From Acidobacteriota bacterium (GTDB lineage: Bacteria > Acidobacteriota > Thermoanaerobaculia > UBA5066 > Gp7-AA6): a stretch of 64,000 nt of DNA. Below the pieces are notes generated by a model. It was not told where the DNA came from, made no database searches, and saw nothing but the letters and a program-made list of their open reading frames with translations. The stretch covers positions 4,521 through 68,520 of the forward strand of contig JAIVJS010000075.1 of the NCBI GenBank assembly GCA_020199905.1. The letters run 5' to 3'. Numbering within the stretch: position 1 is the stretch's first letter; the number at the start of each line of letters is the position of its first letter. The translations under genes and the position numbers were made by a program. Below, piece after piece: positions 43,930 through 53,493 of this stretch.

Positions 43930-46793
43930 GGCCGCGCTTCAGGAAGGGCGGCGGAACGGCGGGTGTGATCGCCCCCTGCGAGCCGGCCGTGAGGGTCGAG
44001 CCAGCAGTAGAGGGAGGGAAGGATCAGGAGAATGAGCGGGCTCGAGAGAAACACGGCCTTTTCCCCCACGATGCCGACCATCATGATCGCGCCCACGAAG
44101 CTCGAGATATTGAGAGTCATTCCCGTCACGATGAGTGAGCCGAGAACGCTCGTCAGCACGGTGAGCGCCATGATGACTGTCAGGAGAGGCGCGCGCCAGT
44201 CGCCGAACTCGAACAGCAGGACCACGGCGACGAGGAGCAGGCCGCCGAAGAGAACGCCGAGCAGGCCCTTGAAGGAGCTTTGCTGCTGTTCGTACAGGCC
44301 TCCGAACCCGAGCGACATGCCCGCCGGAAGGTTCAGGCTCCGCGACAGCTTCCCCTGGATCTCGCTCATCGCGCTTCCGAGGCTGCGGCCGGACAGCCGC
44401 GCGGTGACGCCCAGATACGTGCGGAGATTCTCGCGCTGAATCTCGACTTCCGGAGATCCCGTCGAGATCGTGGCGAGCTGCGAGAGCGGCACGAGAGCGC
44501 CGGACCCGGTCTGGATCGGCAGGAGCGAAAGCCCCGACACATCGGAGGTCCGGCGGGAAAACACGCGGATGCCGTAGAGACGCTCCCGGATCCGCAGGCT
44601 CCCCGCCAGCGTACCTCCCAGCGCGGGTTCGACCTCGTTGTGCAGGCTCTCGGCGGTGACGCCGAACCGCGGGAGAGCCTCGGGAATGACGCGCACCGTC
44701 ACCTTCGGTCCCGCGACGGTCACGCCGTCGAAGACGTCCTCGACCCCGGTGACCGTCTGCAGGATCGCCGCGGCGGCCCTGGCCCGATCCTGCAGAGCCG
44801 TCTGGTCCTCTCCGTAGAGCTTGATGTCGATCGGCTGGGGAACGCCGCCGGCGAGGTCGCCGATGTTGTCCTCGAGCAGCTGCCCGAAATCGATGTGCAC
44901 GGCCGGCTGCGCGGCGGAGATTTTCCCGCGCAGGTCGTCGATCACCTCCTCGACCCCGCGCCTTCCCCCCTTCGGCTTCAAACGGATCACGTAGTCGCCC
45001 CGGTTCGGTTCCGTGATGAAGAAGCCGAGTTGCTCACCGGTCCGGCGGGAATAGCCGGCGACGTCGGGAAGCGAAACGATGATCTTCTCGACCTGGTTGA
45101 GCATCTGGTCGGTTTCCGTGAGCGACGTACCCGCCGGGGTCCAGTAGTCGAGGATGATCGAGCCCTCGTCCATGCCGGGCAGGAAATCCGAGCCGATCAC
45201 GGCGTAGAGAAGCCAGCCGCCTCCGAGCAGGACCACGGTCACCGCGATCGCGATCGAAGGATGGCGGATGAAAAAGCGGGCGATCCGCGGAGGCTTTTTT
45301 TCCTTCTTCGCCCGGACCCCGGACGCGACGCGCAGTTTCTCCGCCGCCGCCGGCACGGCGAGCCCGGAGAGGAAATAGGACACGGCGAGCGCCACCGCCA
45401 TCGTGAAGGCGAGCGGCTTGAAGAAGGCGCCGGCCACGCCGGAGAGCAGCGCGAAGGGGAAGAAGATGATGACCGTCGAGAGGCTCGAGCCCGTCAGCGG
45501 CGGAAGCACCTCCGCGAGCCCCGACCGGACGGGATTCGCAGAGACGCGCTCCTCCGCGTGCCGTGCGATGTTCTCGACCACGACGATCGCGTCGTCCACG
45601 ACGAGCCCGATCGCCGCCGCGATCCCGCCGAGCGTCATGAGGTTGATGGTCTGGCCGGAGACTCCGAGCGCGAGGAGAACGATCGCCACGGTTACCGGAA
45701 TGGTCGCGACCGCGATGGCGGTGATCCGGAAGTTCCGAAGGTAGAGAAAGAGAACGATCGCGGCAAGAGCCACACCGATCAGGATCGCGTCCCGGACGCC
45801 GCGGACCGAATGCCGGATGAACTCCGCCTGATCGTAGAACGTGGACCAGCGCGCCCCTTTTGGAAGGAGGTCCGGGTGCTGCTTCAAAAGAGATTCCACC
45901 CCCGTCGCGATGGCGAGAGTGCTCGCGTCGGGCTGGCGGACGATGTTCACGAGGACGGCCGGCCGGCGCTCGGCTGTCGTGCGGACGTAAGACACGGCGT
46001 CGGCGGCAACGACTTCGCCGAGCTGGGAGAGAGGCGCCGCGACGCCGCCCCTGGGGGAGGCCACCGCGATGCGGCCGAGCTCGGCGATTCCGGCGGGCTT
46101 TCCCGTGACGAGCGAGAGATAGAGCTCGTGGTTGGATTCGACGAGCCCCGCCGAGACCAGCACGTTGTTCTTCCGGATCGCGTCGACCACATCGCTCGCC
46201 GACAGCCGCCGCGCGCCGAGGCGTTCCGGATTCAGGCGAACCTGAAACTCCCGGACGGCACCGCCCTGCACCTGGACCTGCGAAACGCCCGGGATCTGGA
46301 TGAGCGCGGGACGCAGCTGGAAATCCGCCAGCTCCCGCAGGGCCGCCGGAGACAGCGTGTCGGAGGTCAGGGCATACCCCAGAATCGGGAAGACGGCGGT
46401 GTTCATCCACTCGGCATCGATCCGCGTGTCGGAAGGGAGATCCGGCCGCACGCGCGCGATCTCGGCCTGCACCCGCTGGAGCGCGAGCTGCATGTCGGTG
46501 CCCCACGCAAACTCGCCGCTGATCTCGACCGAGCCCCGGGTCGACGTGGACACCACACGCACGATGCCCGGCACCCTCAGGATTCCCTCCTCGAGCGGTC
46601 GCGTCACGGCGGGAATCATCTGGGCGGCGGGCTCTTCCGCCCCTTCCGCGATCACCTTGACGCGGGGAAAGGTCACCGTCGGAAAGATTGCGGAAGGAAG
46701 GCGGCTCGCGTACCAGACGCCCGCCGCACAGAGCACGAGCAGAAGAAGAAAGAGCGCCTGGGGACGGTTCGAGAGGCGTTCCGAAATGCTCAT
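43926..46793 (-). CDS. RND superfamily efflux pump (AcrB/CzcA-like, possibly heavy-metal or HAE type)
   Basis: 955 aa. N-terminus MSISERLSNRPQALFLLLLVLCAAGVWYASRLPSAIFPTVTFP typical of RND. 12 TM in two bundles with large periplasmic loops. Stop overlaps the OMP GTG start (GTGA). Confidence 0.85.
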   Translation of the reverse strand: MSISERLSNRPQALFLLLLVLCAAGVWYASRLPSAIFPTVTFPRVKVIAEGAEEPAAQMIPAVTRPLEEGILRVPGIVRVVSTSTRGSVEISGEFAWGTDMQLALQRVQAEIARVRPDLPSDTRIDAEWMNTAVFPILGYALTSDTLSPAALRELADFQLRPALIQIPGVSQVQVQGGAVREFQVRLNPERLGARRLSASDVVDAIRKNNVLVSAGLVESNHELYLSLVTGKPAGIAELGRIAVASPRGGVAAPLSQLGEVVAADAVSYVRTTAERRPAVLVNIVRQPDASTLAIATGVESLLKQHPDLLPKGARWSTFYDQAEFIRHSVRGVRDAILIGVALAAIVLFLYLRNFRITAIAVATIPVTVAIVLLALGVSGQTINLMTLGGIAAAIGLVVDDAIVVVENIARHAEERVSANPVRSGLAEVLPPLTGSSLSTVIIFFPFALLSGVAGAFFKPLAFTMAVALAVSYFLSGLAVPAAAEKLRVASGVRAKKEKKPPRIARFFIRHPSIAIAVTVVLLGGGWLLYAVIGSDFLPGMDEGSIILDYWTPAGTSLTETDQMLNQVEKIIVSLPDVAGYSRRTGEQLGFFITEPNRGDYVIRLKPKGGRRGVEEVIDDLRGKISAAQPAVHIDFGQLLEDNIGDLAGGVPQPIDIKLYGEDQTALQDRARAAAAILQTVTGVEDVFDGVTVAGPKVTVRVIPEALPRFGVTAESLHNEVEPALGGTLAGSLRIRERLYGIRVFSRRTSDVSGLSLLPIQTGSGALVPLSQLATISTGSPEVEIQRENLRTYLGVTARLSGRSLGSAMSEIQGKLSRSLNLPAGMSLGFGGLYEQQQSSFKGLLGVLFGGLLLVAVVLLFEFGDWRAPLLTVIMALTVLTSVLGSLIVTGMTLNISSFVGAIMMVGIVGEKAVFLSSPLILLILPSLYCWLDPHGRLAGGDHTRRSAALPEARP

Positions 46794-46887
46794 GCGTGCC
46801 GGGACGGCCGCGCAAGGGTATCAGGGGCTCGAGAGGCGCCGGGCGCCGGACGCGAGCGGAAGGGAGAAGCGGATCAGGTCTCTTCGA

Positions 46888-47502
46888 TTACCGATCGAGC
46901 CGACCGCGGAGTACCGCGGCCGTCTCGCTCCCGTTGGCCGGTCGGCTCCCGATCTCCGATTCCCGGCTCTGGCTCTGTCCCCCCGGCTCCTGCCTGGCGG
47001 CCGCGCGCCGCCGCGCGAGGCCGCGCGTCTCCGCGTGGTGGCAGGGAATGCACAGCGTGCGCAGGTTGTCCAGACCGCATCCCCCGCCGCCCTCGACGAC
47101 AGGCACGACGTGATCCGCTTCCCACAGAGCACGGCGGATGGCGATCCAGGGACGCCGCGCGCGGAGGAGCACCGCCCGCTCGAACCCCGACGACAGGCGC
47201 CGCGCCTCCTCGAGGGCGTCGGGTACCGGGTTCCTGCGGCGCATCGCGGCGAGCCTCCCCTTGAGGTCCTCCGTGTCGAGCCCGCATCGCGCGCAGACCC
47301 CGCGGTCCCTCTCGAAGACGCGCTCCCGGGCGGCGGAGGGGGACGTGCGCACGAGAAGCGCGTCGACGCAGGCCTCGGAGCAGAAGGTGCGCCGCGGCCG
47401 GCGGACCGGACCTCCGCATTCGCGGCAGAGGGCATTACCGCTCCCGTCCCGCCGTACGGGACGGTCACGGCCTCTCAACGCGCGCGCGAAGTGCGGCTTC
47501 AC
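46888..47502 (-). CDS. HNH endonuclease family protein with N-terminal zinc ribbon
   Basis: CRECGG...CSEAC zinc ribbon, ARCG, then HNH core HVVPVVEGGGGCGLDNLRTLCIPCHHAET. 204 aa. Confidence 0.7.
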   Translation of the reverse strand: MKPHFARALRGRDRPVRRDGSGNALCRECGGPVRRPRRTFCSEACVDALLVRTSPSAARERVFERDRGVCARCGLDTEDLKGRLAAMRRRNPVPDALEEARRLSSGFERAVLLRARRPWIAIRRALWEADHVVPVVEGGGGCGLDNLRTLCIPCHHAETRGLARRRAAARQEPGGQSQSRESEIGSRPANGSETAAVLRGRLDR

Positions 47503-47603
47503 TCGGTGTGCCGCCAGAATACCCTTGTACGGCTCCGCACATCATCGCGAGGGCCTCGCGTGACAATCTCGCTCCCGGGTATCGCGGTCAGACGGAGGTG
47601 GGT

Positions 47604-47804
47604 ATGACATCGCTCGGATGCTGTCACTCGGGATGCGCCAGCCACGTCATTCTGTCGGCGAAGCTCTCGGCCAGGAAGCAGGCAGCCTATTGCGGGCACG
47701 GCCACGCCGTGTGGGCCTGGAAGAACAAAGAGGGCCGCTGGGCGGCCGAGCCGCGCGCCGTCGAGCCGTCCGAGTCCGGCGTGCGTGCGAACGGGCACCC
47801 GTAA
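47604..47804 (+). CDS. Small Cys/His-rich hypothetical protein (66 aa)
   Basis: ATG at 47604 preceded by GGAGGTGGGT. MTSLGCCHSGCASHVILSAKLSARKQAAYCGHGHAVWAWKNKEGRW. Divergent from the HNH gene and upstream of the M16 peptidase. Could be non-coding. Confidence 0.3.
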   Translation: MTSLGCCHSGCASHVILSAKLSARKQAAYCGHGHAVWAWKNKEGRWAAEPRAVEPSESGVRANGHP

Positions 47805-47870
47805 GGGCGCCGTCGCGCCGTAGAGGCGTCGCGCCGTAGAGGCGTCGCCGTCGTCCCGTCCCTCGCGGCC

Positions 47871-49286
47871 GTGCGGAAGAATCTCGCCGCGGGTCGTCGC
47901 GAATGTTTCCTCGTGCGATGCTCCGTCGGAATGACGCCTCGCGCGGCAGGATGGACCCTGGTCTTTCTTTCCCTGCACTGCCTCGCCTCGGGCGTGGCGG
48001 CCGACGCCAGGACCGTCGTCCACGAGGACCGGCTCGGCAACGGACTGCGCATCGCGCTCGCGCCGGATCCGGCCGCTTCGGTGGTCGCGGTCAGCGCGTC
48101 ATTCGACGCCGGATCGCGCAACGAGGCGGCGGCCGCGCTCGGATCGGCCGGCAGAACGGCGAGAGCCGTCGCCGCGCGGGTCCCGGGGCTCGAAGCGTCC
48201 GCCAACCAGGAGAGAGCCGTCCTGTCCGGAAGCTTCGCGCCGCGGGATCTGCCCCGCGCTCTCGAGAGCCTGGCCGCGGTCATGCGCCTGGCATGCCGCC
48301 CGGAGGCGGCCGAGCTCGCCGCCCCGCCGGCGGGATCAGGACCCCTGGCATCGGAGGCCGACGTCGCGCTCCTGCGTCTGTCGTACGCCTCTTTTTCCTA
48401 CGCGCACCCGGCGGGCGGCGCGGGGCCCGACCGCGGCGCAATCGCACCGTTCTTCTGCCGTCACTACGCGCCGAACACGCTCGTGCTCGCGATTGCCGGA
48501 CGGTTCGAGACGAAGACGGCCCTGCGGCTCGCGAGGACCGTTTTTACGAGCCTTCGCCGGCGCCGTTCGCCTCCTCCTGTCGCCACTGGCGCGCGTCCGC
48601 CATCCGCCGAGCGCCGCTTGACCCTGAACGACCCGGGTCTGCAGGCGCCGCGGATCTATGTCAGCTACGTGACCGTTCGGGCGGACCAACCGGACTGGTA
48701 TGCCCTCAATATCCTCGCCGACGCGCTCGGAAACGGCGAGGGCTCCCGGATGCAGCGCGCCCTCGTTGCCGCGGGGCTCGCGAGCAGGTTCCTCGAGGGC
48801 ATGACGGAGAACCGGGCGCCGTCCCTCCTCCGGATGCGGGTTGACCTTTCCGGACCGACGGCCGATCCCGCCCCCGTCGAAGAGGCGATGGACCGGGAGC
48901 TCGCCCGCCTTCGGGAGGAACCGATCACGCCGGCGGAGCTCGAATCGGCCCGGGAGTCCGAGCGCAGCGCCGCGGCCGAGAGCCGAAAGACGTCTCTCGA
49001 CGTTGCGAACACGCTGTCCCGGTTCGTCACGTACTTCGACGACGCGAAGCGCCTCGACGGAGAGCTTCCGCGCCTTCTCGCGGTCACGGCGGAAGACGTG
49101 CGGAGGGTCGCTCGACGGTACCTGGTGAAAGAGAACCGGGCGGTCGTCGTCGCCAGGCCCTGGCCCGGCTCGGGCCCGGCCGCACGCGGCCTGTGTTGTG
49201 AAGATCCCGGCCGTTGCCGGGAAAGTGTCGTGAAAGCACCGCCCGGCCGATCGCGGCGAGGCGCTAGACTGCGGGTATGGCCATAG
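47871..49286 (+). CDS. M16 (pitrilysin/insulinase) family peptidase-like protein, probably non-catalytic subunit type
   Basis: N-terminal signal then VVHEDRLGNGLRIALAPDPAASVVAVSASFDAGSRNE M16 N-domain pattern without a clear HxxEH. C-terminal M16_C-like ITPAELESARE. 471 aa. Confidence 0.6.
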   Translation: MRKNLAAGRRECFLVRCSVGMTPRAAGWTLVFLSLHCLASGVAADARTVVHEDRLGNGLRIALAPDPAASVVAVSASFDAGSRNEAAAALGSAGRTARAVAARVPGLEASANQERAVLSGSFAPRDLPRALESLAAVMRLACRPEAAELAAPPAGSGPLASEADVALLRLSYASFSYAHPAGGAGPDRGAIAPFFCRHYAPNTLVLAIAGRFETKTALRLARTVFTSLRRRRSPPPVATGARPPSAERRLTLNDPGLQAPRIYVSYVTVRADQPDWYALNILADALGNGEGSRMQRALVAAGLASRFLEGMTENRAPSLLRMRVDLSGPTADPAPVEEAMDRELARLREEPITPAELESARESERSAAAESRKTSLDVANTLSRFVTYFDDAKRLDGELPRLLAVTAEDVRRVARRYLVKENRAVVVARPWPGSGPAARGLCCEDPGRCRESVVKAPPGRSRRGARLRVWP

Positions 49287-50380
49287 ACGGCAAAACCACC
49301 GAACTGGAGCGCGAAAAGACCGACCAGAGCCTCCGGACCGAGCGCGCGAAGGCGGACCAGGCCCTGGCGCAACGGCGGACGGCCATCGAACGGGACGCCG
49401 ATGCGGTGATTCAGCGCGCGCGAGAGAATGCGGACGCCGTCCTGACCGCGGCGCGCGACAAGGCGGACGAGCGGCTCGAGGAAGCGCCTCCCCGGGCCGC
49501 TGCCGTCTCGGCCGTCACCGAAGGTCGCGTGATCGAGGACGAGAGTCTGCGAGATGAGCGGGCGTCCGCGGATGCGAGGCTCCGGCGCGAACGCGCCGAA
49601 AGCGTTCGCGCCCTGTCGATGATGGCGCTGTTTGAAAGAGACAAGACCGACAGATCCCTCTTGACCGAGCGGATTCGTTCTGACGAAGCGGTCTCGCACC
49701 GGGACGACTTCCTGGGGATCGTCAGCCACGACCTGCGGAATCTCCTCAATGGAATCGTGATAAGCGCGGAGCAACTGTCGCGCACCGAGACCGGGAACGA
49801 TCGTGAGCAGACTCTCGCTCAGACCACGCGCATTCAACGGTATGCGGCGCGCATGGACCGCCTTATCGGAGACCTGATGGATGTGGCGACTCTCGATGCC
49901 GGAAAGCTCGCCATTGCTCCGGTTTCCGGCGATTGGGAGGCGCTGATCGCCGAGGCCCTGGATGCTTTTCACGCCTCCGCGACCGCGAAGGGCCTGTCCC
50001 TGCGGACGGAGATCGGCGAGGGCCCGCTCATAACGGAGTTCGATCACGATCGGATGCTCCAGGTGCTCGCCAACCTCGTCGCGAACGCGATGAAGTTCAC
50101 CTCTTCGGGCGGCATAATCCGCGTCGGGGCCGAACGCTCCGAGGACGGGATCCGCGTCTGGGTCAGTGACACCGGCTCCGGGATACCAGCCGGCATGCTG
50201 GAGGCGGTTTTCGAGCGGTTCTGGCAGGTCGGAAAGAATGATCGCCGAGGCATGGGTCTCGGCCTCTACATTTCCAGGTCCATCGTGGAAGCGCACGGCG
50301 GAGCGATCCGGGCGGAGAGCCGGGAGGGCGAGGGAAGCACATTCAGCTTCACGGTTCCCCGCAAGTTGCCGGCCGCGTGA
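49277..50380 (+). CDS. Cytoplasmic sensor histidine kinase (HisKA + HATPase_c) with coiled-coil N-terminal repeats
   Basis: H-box FLGIVSHDLRNLLNGI. N-box LANLVANAMKFT. G1 DTGSGIP. G2 GMGLGLYISRSIVEAHGG. The N-terminus has two copies of an ER(E/D)KTDxSL(R/L)TER(A/I)(K/R)xD(Q/E)A ~20-aa repeat. Confidence 0.85.
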   Translation: MAIDGKTTELEREKTDQSLRTERAKADQALAQRRTAIERDADAVIQRARENADAVLTAARDKADERLEEAPPRAAAVSAVTEGRVIEDESLRDERASADARLRRERAESVRALSMMALFERDKTDRSLLTERIRSDEAVSHRDDFLGIVSHDLRNLLNGIVISAEQLSRTETGNDREQTLAQTTRIQRYAARMDRLIGDLMDVATLDAGKLAIAPVSGDWEALIAEALDAFHASATAKGLSLRTEIGEGPLITEFDHDRMLQVLANLVANAMKFTSSGGIIRVGAERSEDGIRVWVSDTGSGIPAGMLEAVFERFWQVGKNDRRGMGLGLYISRSIVEAHGGAIRAESREGEGSTFSFTVPRKLPAA

Positions 50381-50466
50381 TGCGCAAAAGCTTCGACGTG
50401 AGGGAGGGGCGCACTCCGGCTCCTGTTCCGCTTTCGCATGGGGTTTCCAAAACACGGGGGTAACCT

Positions 50467-51350
50467 TGATCCTCAAAGACGTGTACCGCACGGTCGGCGA
50501 CCAGACCTCGCTCGACACGCTTTCCGACGCGCTCCAGCCCGCAGTCCGCGGATTTTTCGACGGCCTCGGGCCCGCGCGGCGGCTCGTGAAAAACGCCCTG
50601 CACGGCACGTGGCTCGGCCATCCCCTGCATCCGGTGCTGACCGACATCCCGATCGGCGCCTGGACCGCGACCGTGCTGCTCGACGCCCTTGACGACGGAC
50701 GGGATCGGCGCGGGCTTCACCGCGCGGCGGACGCCACCGCCGCCCTGGGACTCGCCGGCGCGATCGGGTCCGCCGTCACGGGACTGACGGACTGGTCGGA
50801 GACGGATGGACGGCCGCGCCGGATCGGCGCCGCCCACGCGCTGCTGACCTCCACGGGAACGCTTCTCTTTGCCGCGTCTCTCTTCTCGCGTTCCCGCGGG
50901 TCCCGGGGCGTCGGCAGCGGACTCGCGCTAGCCGGTTTGTTCCTCGTGGCCGCCGCGGGATTCCTCGGGGGCGAGCTCGTCTCGCACGAGCAGATCGGCG
51001 TCGACCACACCGCCGGCCGCGAGATGCCCGAGGACTTCGTCGAGGCCCTGGACGACGGCGAGCTTCCGGAAGGCACGCTGAAACGCATCCTCTACAAAGG
51101 CACCCCCCTCCTCCTGGTCCGCCGCGGCGGCCGCCTCCACGCGCTCGCCGAAACCTGCGCGCATCTGGGCGGCCCGCTTTCCGAGGGCAGGCTGGACGGC
51201 GACTGCGTCGTCTGCCCCTGGCACGGATCGACCTTCGAGCTCGCGACCGGCGACGTCGTGGCCGGACCGTCCGCGTTCCCGCAGCCCCTTTTCGAGACCC
51301 GCGTGCGCGACGGCAGGATCGAGTTGCGGCTGGCCCGCTCCGCCTCGTAG
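50467..51350 (+). CDS. DUF2231-like membrane domain fused to a Rieske [2Fe-2S] domain
   Basis: TTG start inferred (no in-frame ATG). N-terminal 4 TM helices (HPLHPVLTDIPIGAWTATVLL...). C-terminal Rieske motifs CAHLGGPL and CPWHGSTF. The upstream portion of the listed ORF overlaps the kinase gene and was rejected. Confidence 0.55.
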
Positions 51351-51743
51351 CGCGCCTTCTCGCGGCCGCGAAGGACGAGCGGAAAAATTCTTCCGCCGTC
51401 CGCGCCATCGTTCATCGCCATACGGGTGCCGCCTCGTGGGATCTCGTGCCGTGCATTCCGAACGAGGAGGCCTGTTGCGAGCGGAAGTTGGCAGCACGAG
51501 CGCCGCTTCGGATGTGACGAAGAGCGCGGCGGCCGGCGAGACCGCGGCAGCAAGGCGGCGGCGGTGGAGTTTTCCCTCGGAGGCGCCCGGCGTTGACACT
51601 CCTCGCCGTTCGGCTCATGGCGGTTTTCGCGGCCACCCTGTTGCCCGGCGCAGGGACTCCCTCGCGGACGAAGCGCCTCGCGAGCCTTCCCGACGCGAGC
51701 GCCCTCGGGTCGCCGTCCGCTTCCGCCGTCCCGACCGGAATCG

Positions 51744-53132
51744 TTACCGTTGATCCGGCACCGCACTGGATACGGAAGAGGGGTCGTGGACCGAGCGGCG
51801 GGGCAGGTCGATGGTGAAGACGCAACCCCGGCCAGGTCTGTTGCGGACGGTCAGAGTCCCCTCGTTGGCCATGACGCTGTTTCGAGAGATGGACAGGCCG
51901 AGGCCGAGGCCGGTGTTGTCCGCGCTCCCCCGCTTGAATGGGAGAAAGAGATCTTGCGGATCGCCCGGGGGAAGTCCGCCGCAGTTGTCCTCGACGTCGA
52001 TATGGATGCGGTCGTCGGCGCCGTAGGCGTTCAGTCTGACTTCGGTCTGTGGACGAGTGAACTTGAACGCGTTCTGCAACAGGTTCCCCACGGCCGCGAA
52101 CAGCAGGTCGCGGTCGGCATCGACGGCAAGTTCCGGCGCAACATCCGAGACCTTCAGCACGCAGTCCTTGACCTGCGCTTCCAGCGACGCGGAAAGCCTC
52201 ACTTCCGCGATGAAGCCGGCAAGGGAGAATAGCCGCTGCTGCGCGGGCTCGCCGGCCGCCAGTCGAACCTCGGTAAAGGTGCGGTCGATGAGATTGGACA
52301 GTGCCACGAGGCTCCGGTCCAACACGGCTCCCGTCGCGCCGGCCAGCCCAACCTTGCCGGCTTTGATGGCGGCGAGCGCGAGGTTAGCCGTTGAGAGGCG
52401 GTTACGCAGCTCGTGGGCAAAAAATCCCAACCGTTCATTCAAAGCGCTGGTCTCTGTGTCTGCCACCGCAGAATCGCGCCGGTAATTGAACTCGGTGACG
52501 GCAACGGCGATCCCATTGTCGAGACAGCGGTTCAAGGTTCGGAACTCGTCGATCGTGATCGGCGCGTTGTGTTCGAAGGCCAGATCCGTGATCGCTTGAC
52601 AGAGATCGCCGTAGTCGTGAACGACCTGCTCGACCGTGAAGCCGTGCCGTTGTAACTCGCGGCCATGAAGCACCGCCGTCTCGCCAATTTCGGACCGGGT
52701 GGACTCCGCCTTTTGACCGCTGGAGGGACCGGAGACCTCGCGACTCTGCATCGGGTCCGTCGTCTGCTCCATCTGGAGCGTCTTGATGAGTTGATCGAGG
52801 AAGAGGGGAATTCCATGCCGCAGTTCGCCTTCGGTCACTCCGGGGTCGGGCCGTTGCGCGACCTTCAGCCTGCAGCGCTCGATCAGCTCGGCCCGGTTGG
52901 CGATGAGGAACTCGTTCAGCACTCCACCAGCATACGCTCGACCGGTACCGGAGGCGTAAGCAAAGTGCGCCCTCCGCCGCTCGAGCTCGGCCCTCGCCGA
53001 GCCGAGAAGAAGCGTTAACCGGTCATGTTCTGAGCCGCTAACGCGGGAGAGTGCCGGGGGAATGACTCGGACGAAAAGCGCCAGTACCCGGTCAGGGATT
53101 CCCCGGATGGGTGGCTGCTCGCGCTCAGTCAT
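51744..53132 (-). CDS. Sensor histidine kinase with N-terminal cytoplasmic sensing domain
   Basis: H-box FAHELRNRLSTANLAL. N-box NLLQNAFKFT. G1/G2 DNCGGLPPGD, GLGLGLSISRNSV. Start at MTEREQPP chosen because the upstream 66 aa are Arg-rich low-complexity sequence. Confidence 0.8.
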   Translation of the reverse strand: MTEREQPPIRGIPDRVLALFVRVIPPALSRVSGSEHDRLTLLLGSARAELERRRAHFAYASGTGRAYAGGVLNEFLIANRAELIERCRLKVAQRPDPGVTEGELRHGIPLFLDQLIKTLQMEQTTDPMQSREVSGPSSGQKAESTRSEIGETAVLHGRELQRHGFTVEQVVHDYGDLCQAITDLAFEHNAPITIDEFRTLNRCLDNGIAVAVTEFNYRRDSAVADTETSALNERLGFFAHELRNRLSTANLALAAIKAGKVGLAGATGAVLDRSLVALSNLIDRTFTEVRLAAGEPAQQRLFSLAGFIAEVRLSASLEAQVKDCVLKVSDVAPELAVDADRDLLFAAVGNLLQNAFKFTRPQTEVRLNAYGADDRIHIDVEDNCGGLPPGDPQDLFLPFKRGSADNTGLGLGLSISRNSVMANEGTLTVRNRPGRGCVFTIDLPRRSVHDPSSVSSAVPDQR

Positions 53133-53409
53133 GGAAGACACAGTGCAAGAAAGTCGCCACACGGAAAAGATCCGGGAGGGACGCACGCATTCGACGAGGA
53201 TCCGTCGAGGCGTCCGAATCCGACGAACAGTTCCGAGGTTGCGTCGGACACCGAACCATTTTCTTTTTCTACGTCGTCCTTGAAGAGGCCCGAGGTCATC
53301 CGGTCTGGATCGTGACCGCGAGCTCGCCATCGAAGGAAGGGGTTGATCATGGCGCGGCCGACGGCGCGTCGCTAATCGTTTGTTGTAATCCTTGTGATTC
53401 TCCGAAGTT

Positions 53410-53430
53410 ATCGACGGATCACCGGTCGAT
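53410..53430. promoter_or_regulatory. Candidate LysR-type operator (ATCGAC-N9-GTCGAT, fits T-N11-A) in the divergent promoter region
   Basis: TTATCGACGGATCACCGGTCGATGC lies 64 bp upstream of the LysR start and within the intergenic region shared with the divergent histidine kinase. Confidence 0.25.
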
Positions 53431-53493
53431 GCCTGGCGAGGTTTCGGTCTGCTGTGCTGTCAGACGTAGGATTGGCAGAAAGGGGTAGACCGA

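Noticed and set aside
44280-47264. 994-aa plus-strand ORF and 593-aa same-strand alternative frame (45034-46815)
   Set aside because: Antisense to, or out-of-frame with, the RND pump, whose frame shows 12 TM helices and family-typical termini.
48665-50647. 660-aa minus-strand ORF
   Set aside because: Antisense to the M16 and histidine kinase genes. Arg-rich.
53111-53488. 125-aa plus-strand and 73-aa minus-strand ORFs in the kinase/LysR spacer
   Set aside because: They overlap the low-complexity N-extension of the kinase ORF. Composition is not protein-like. The region is better explained as a divergent promoter.
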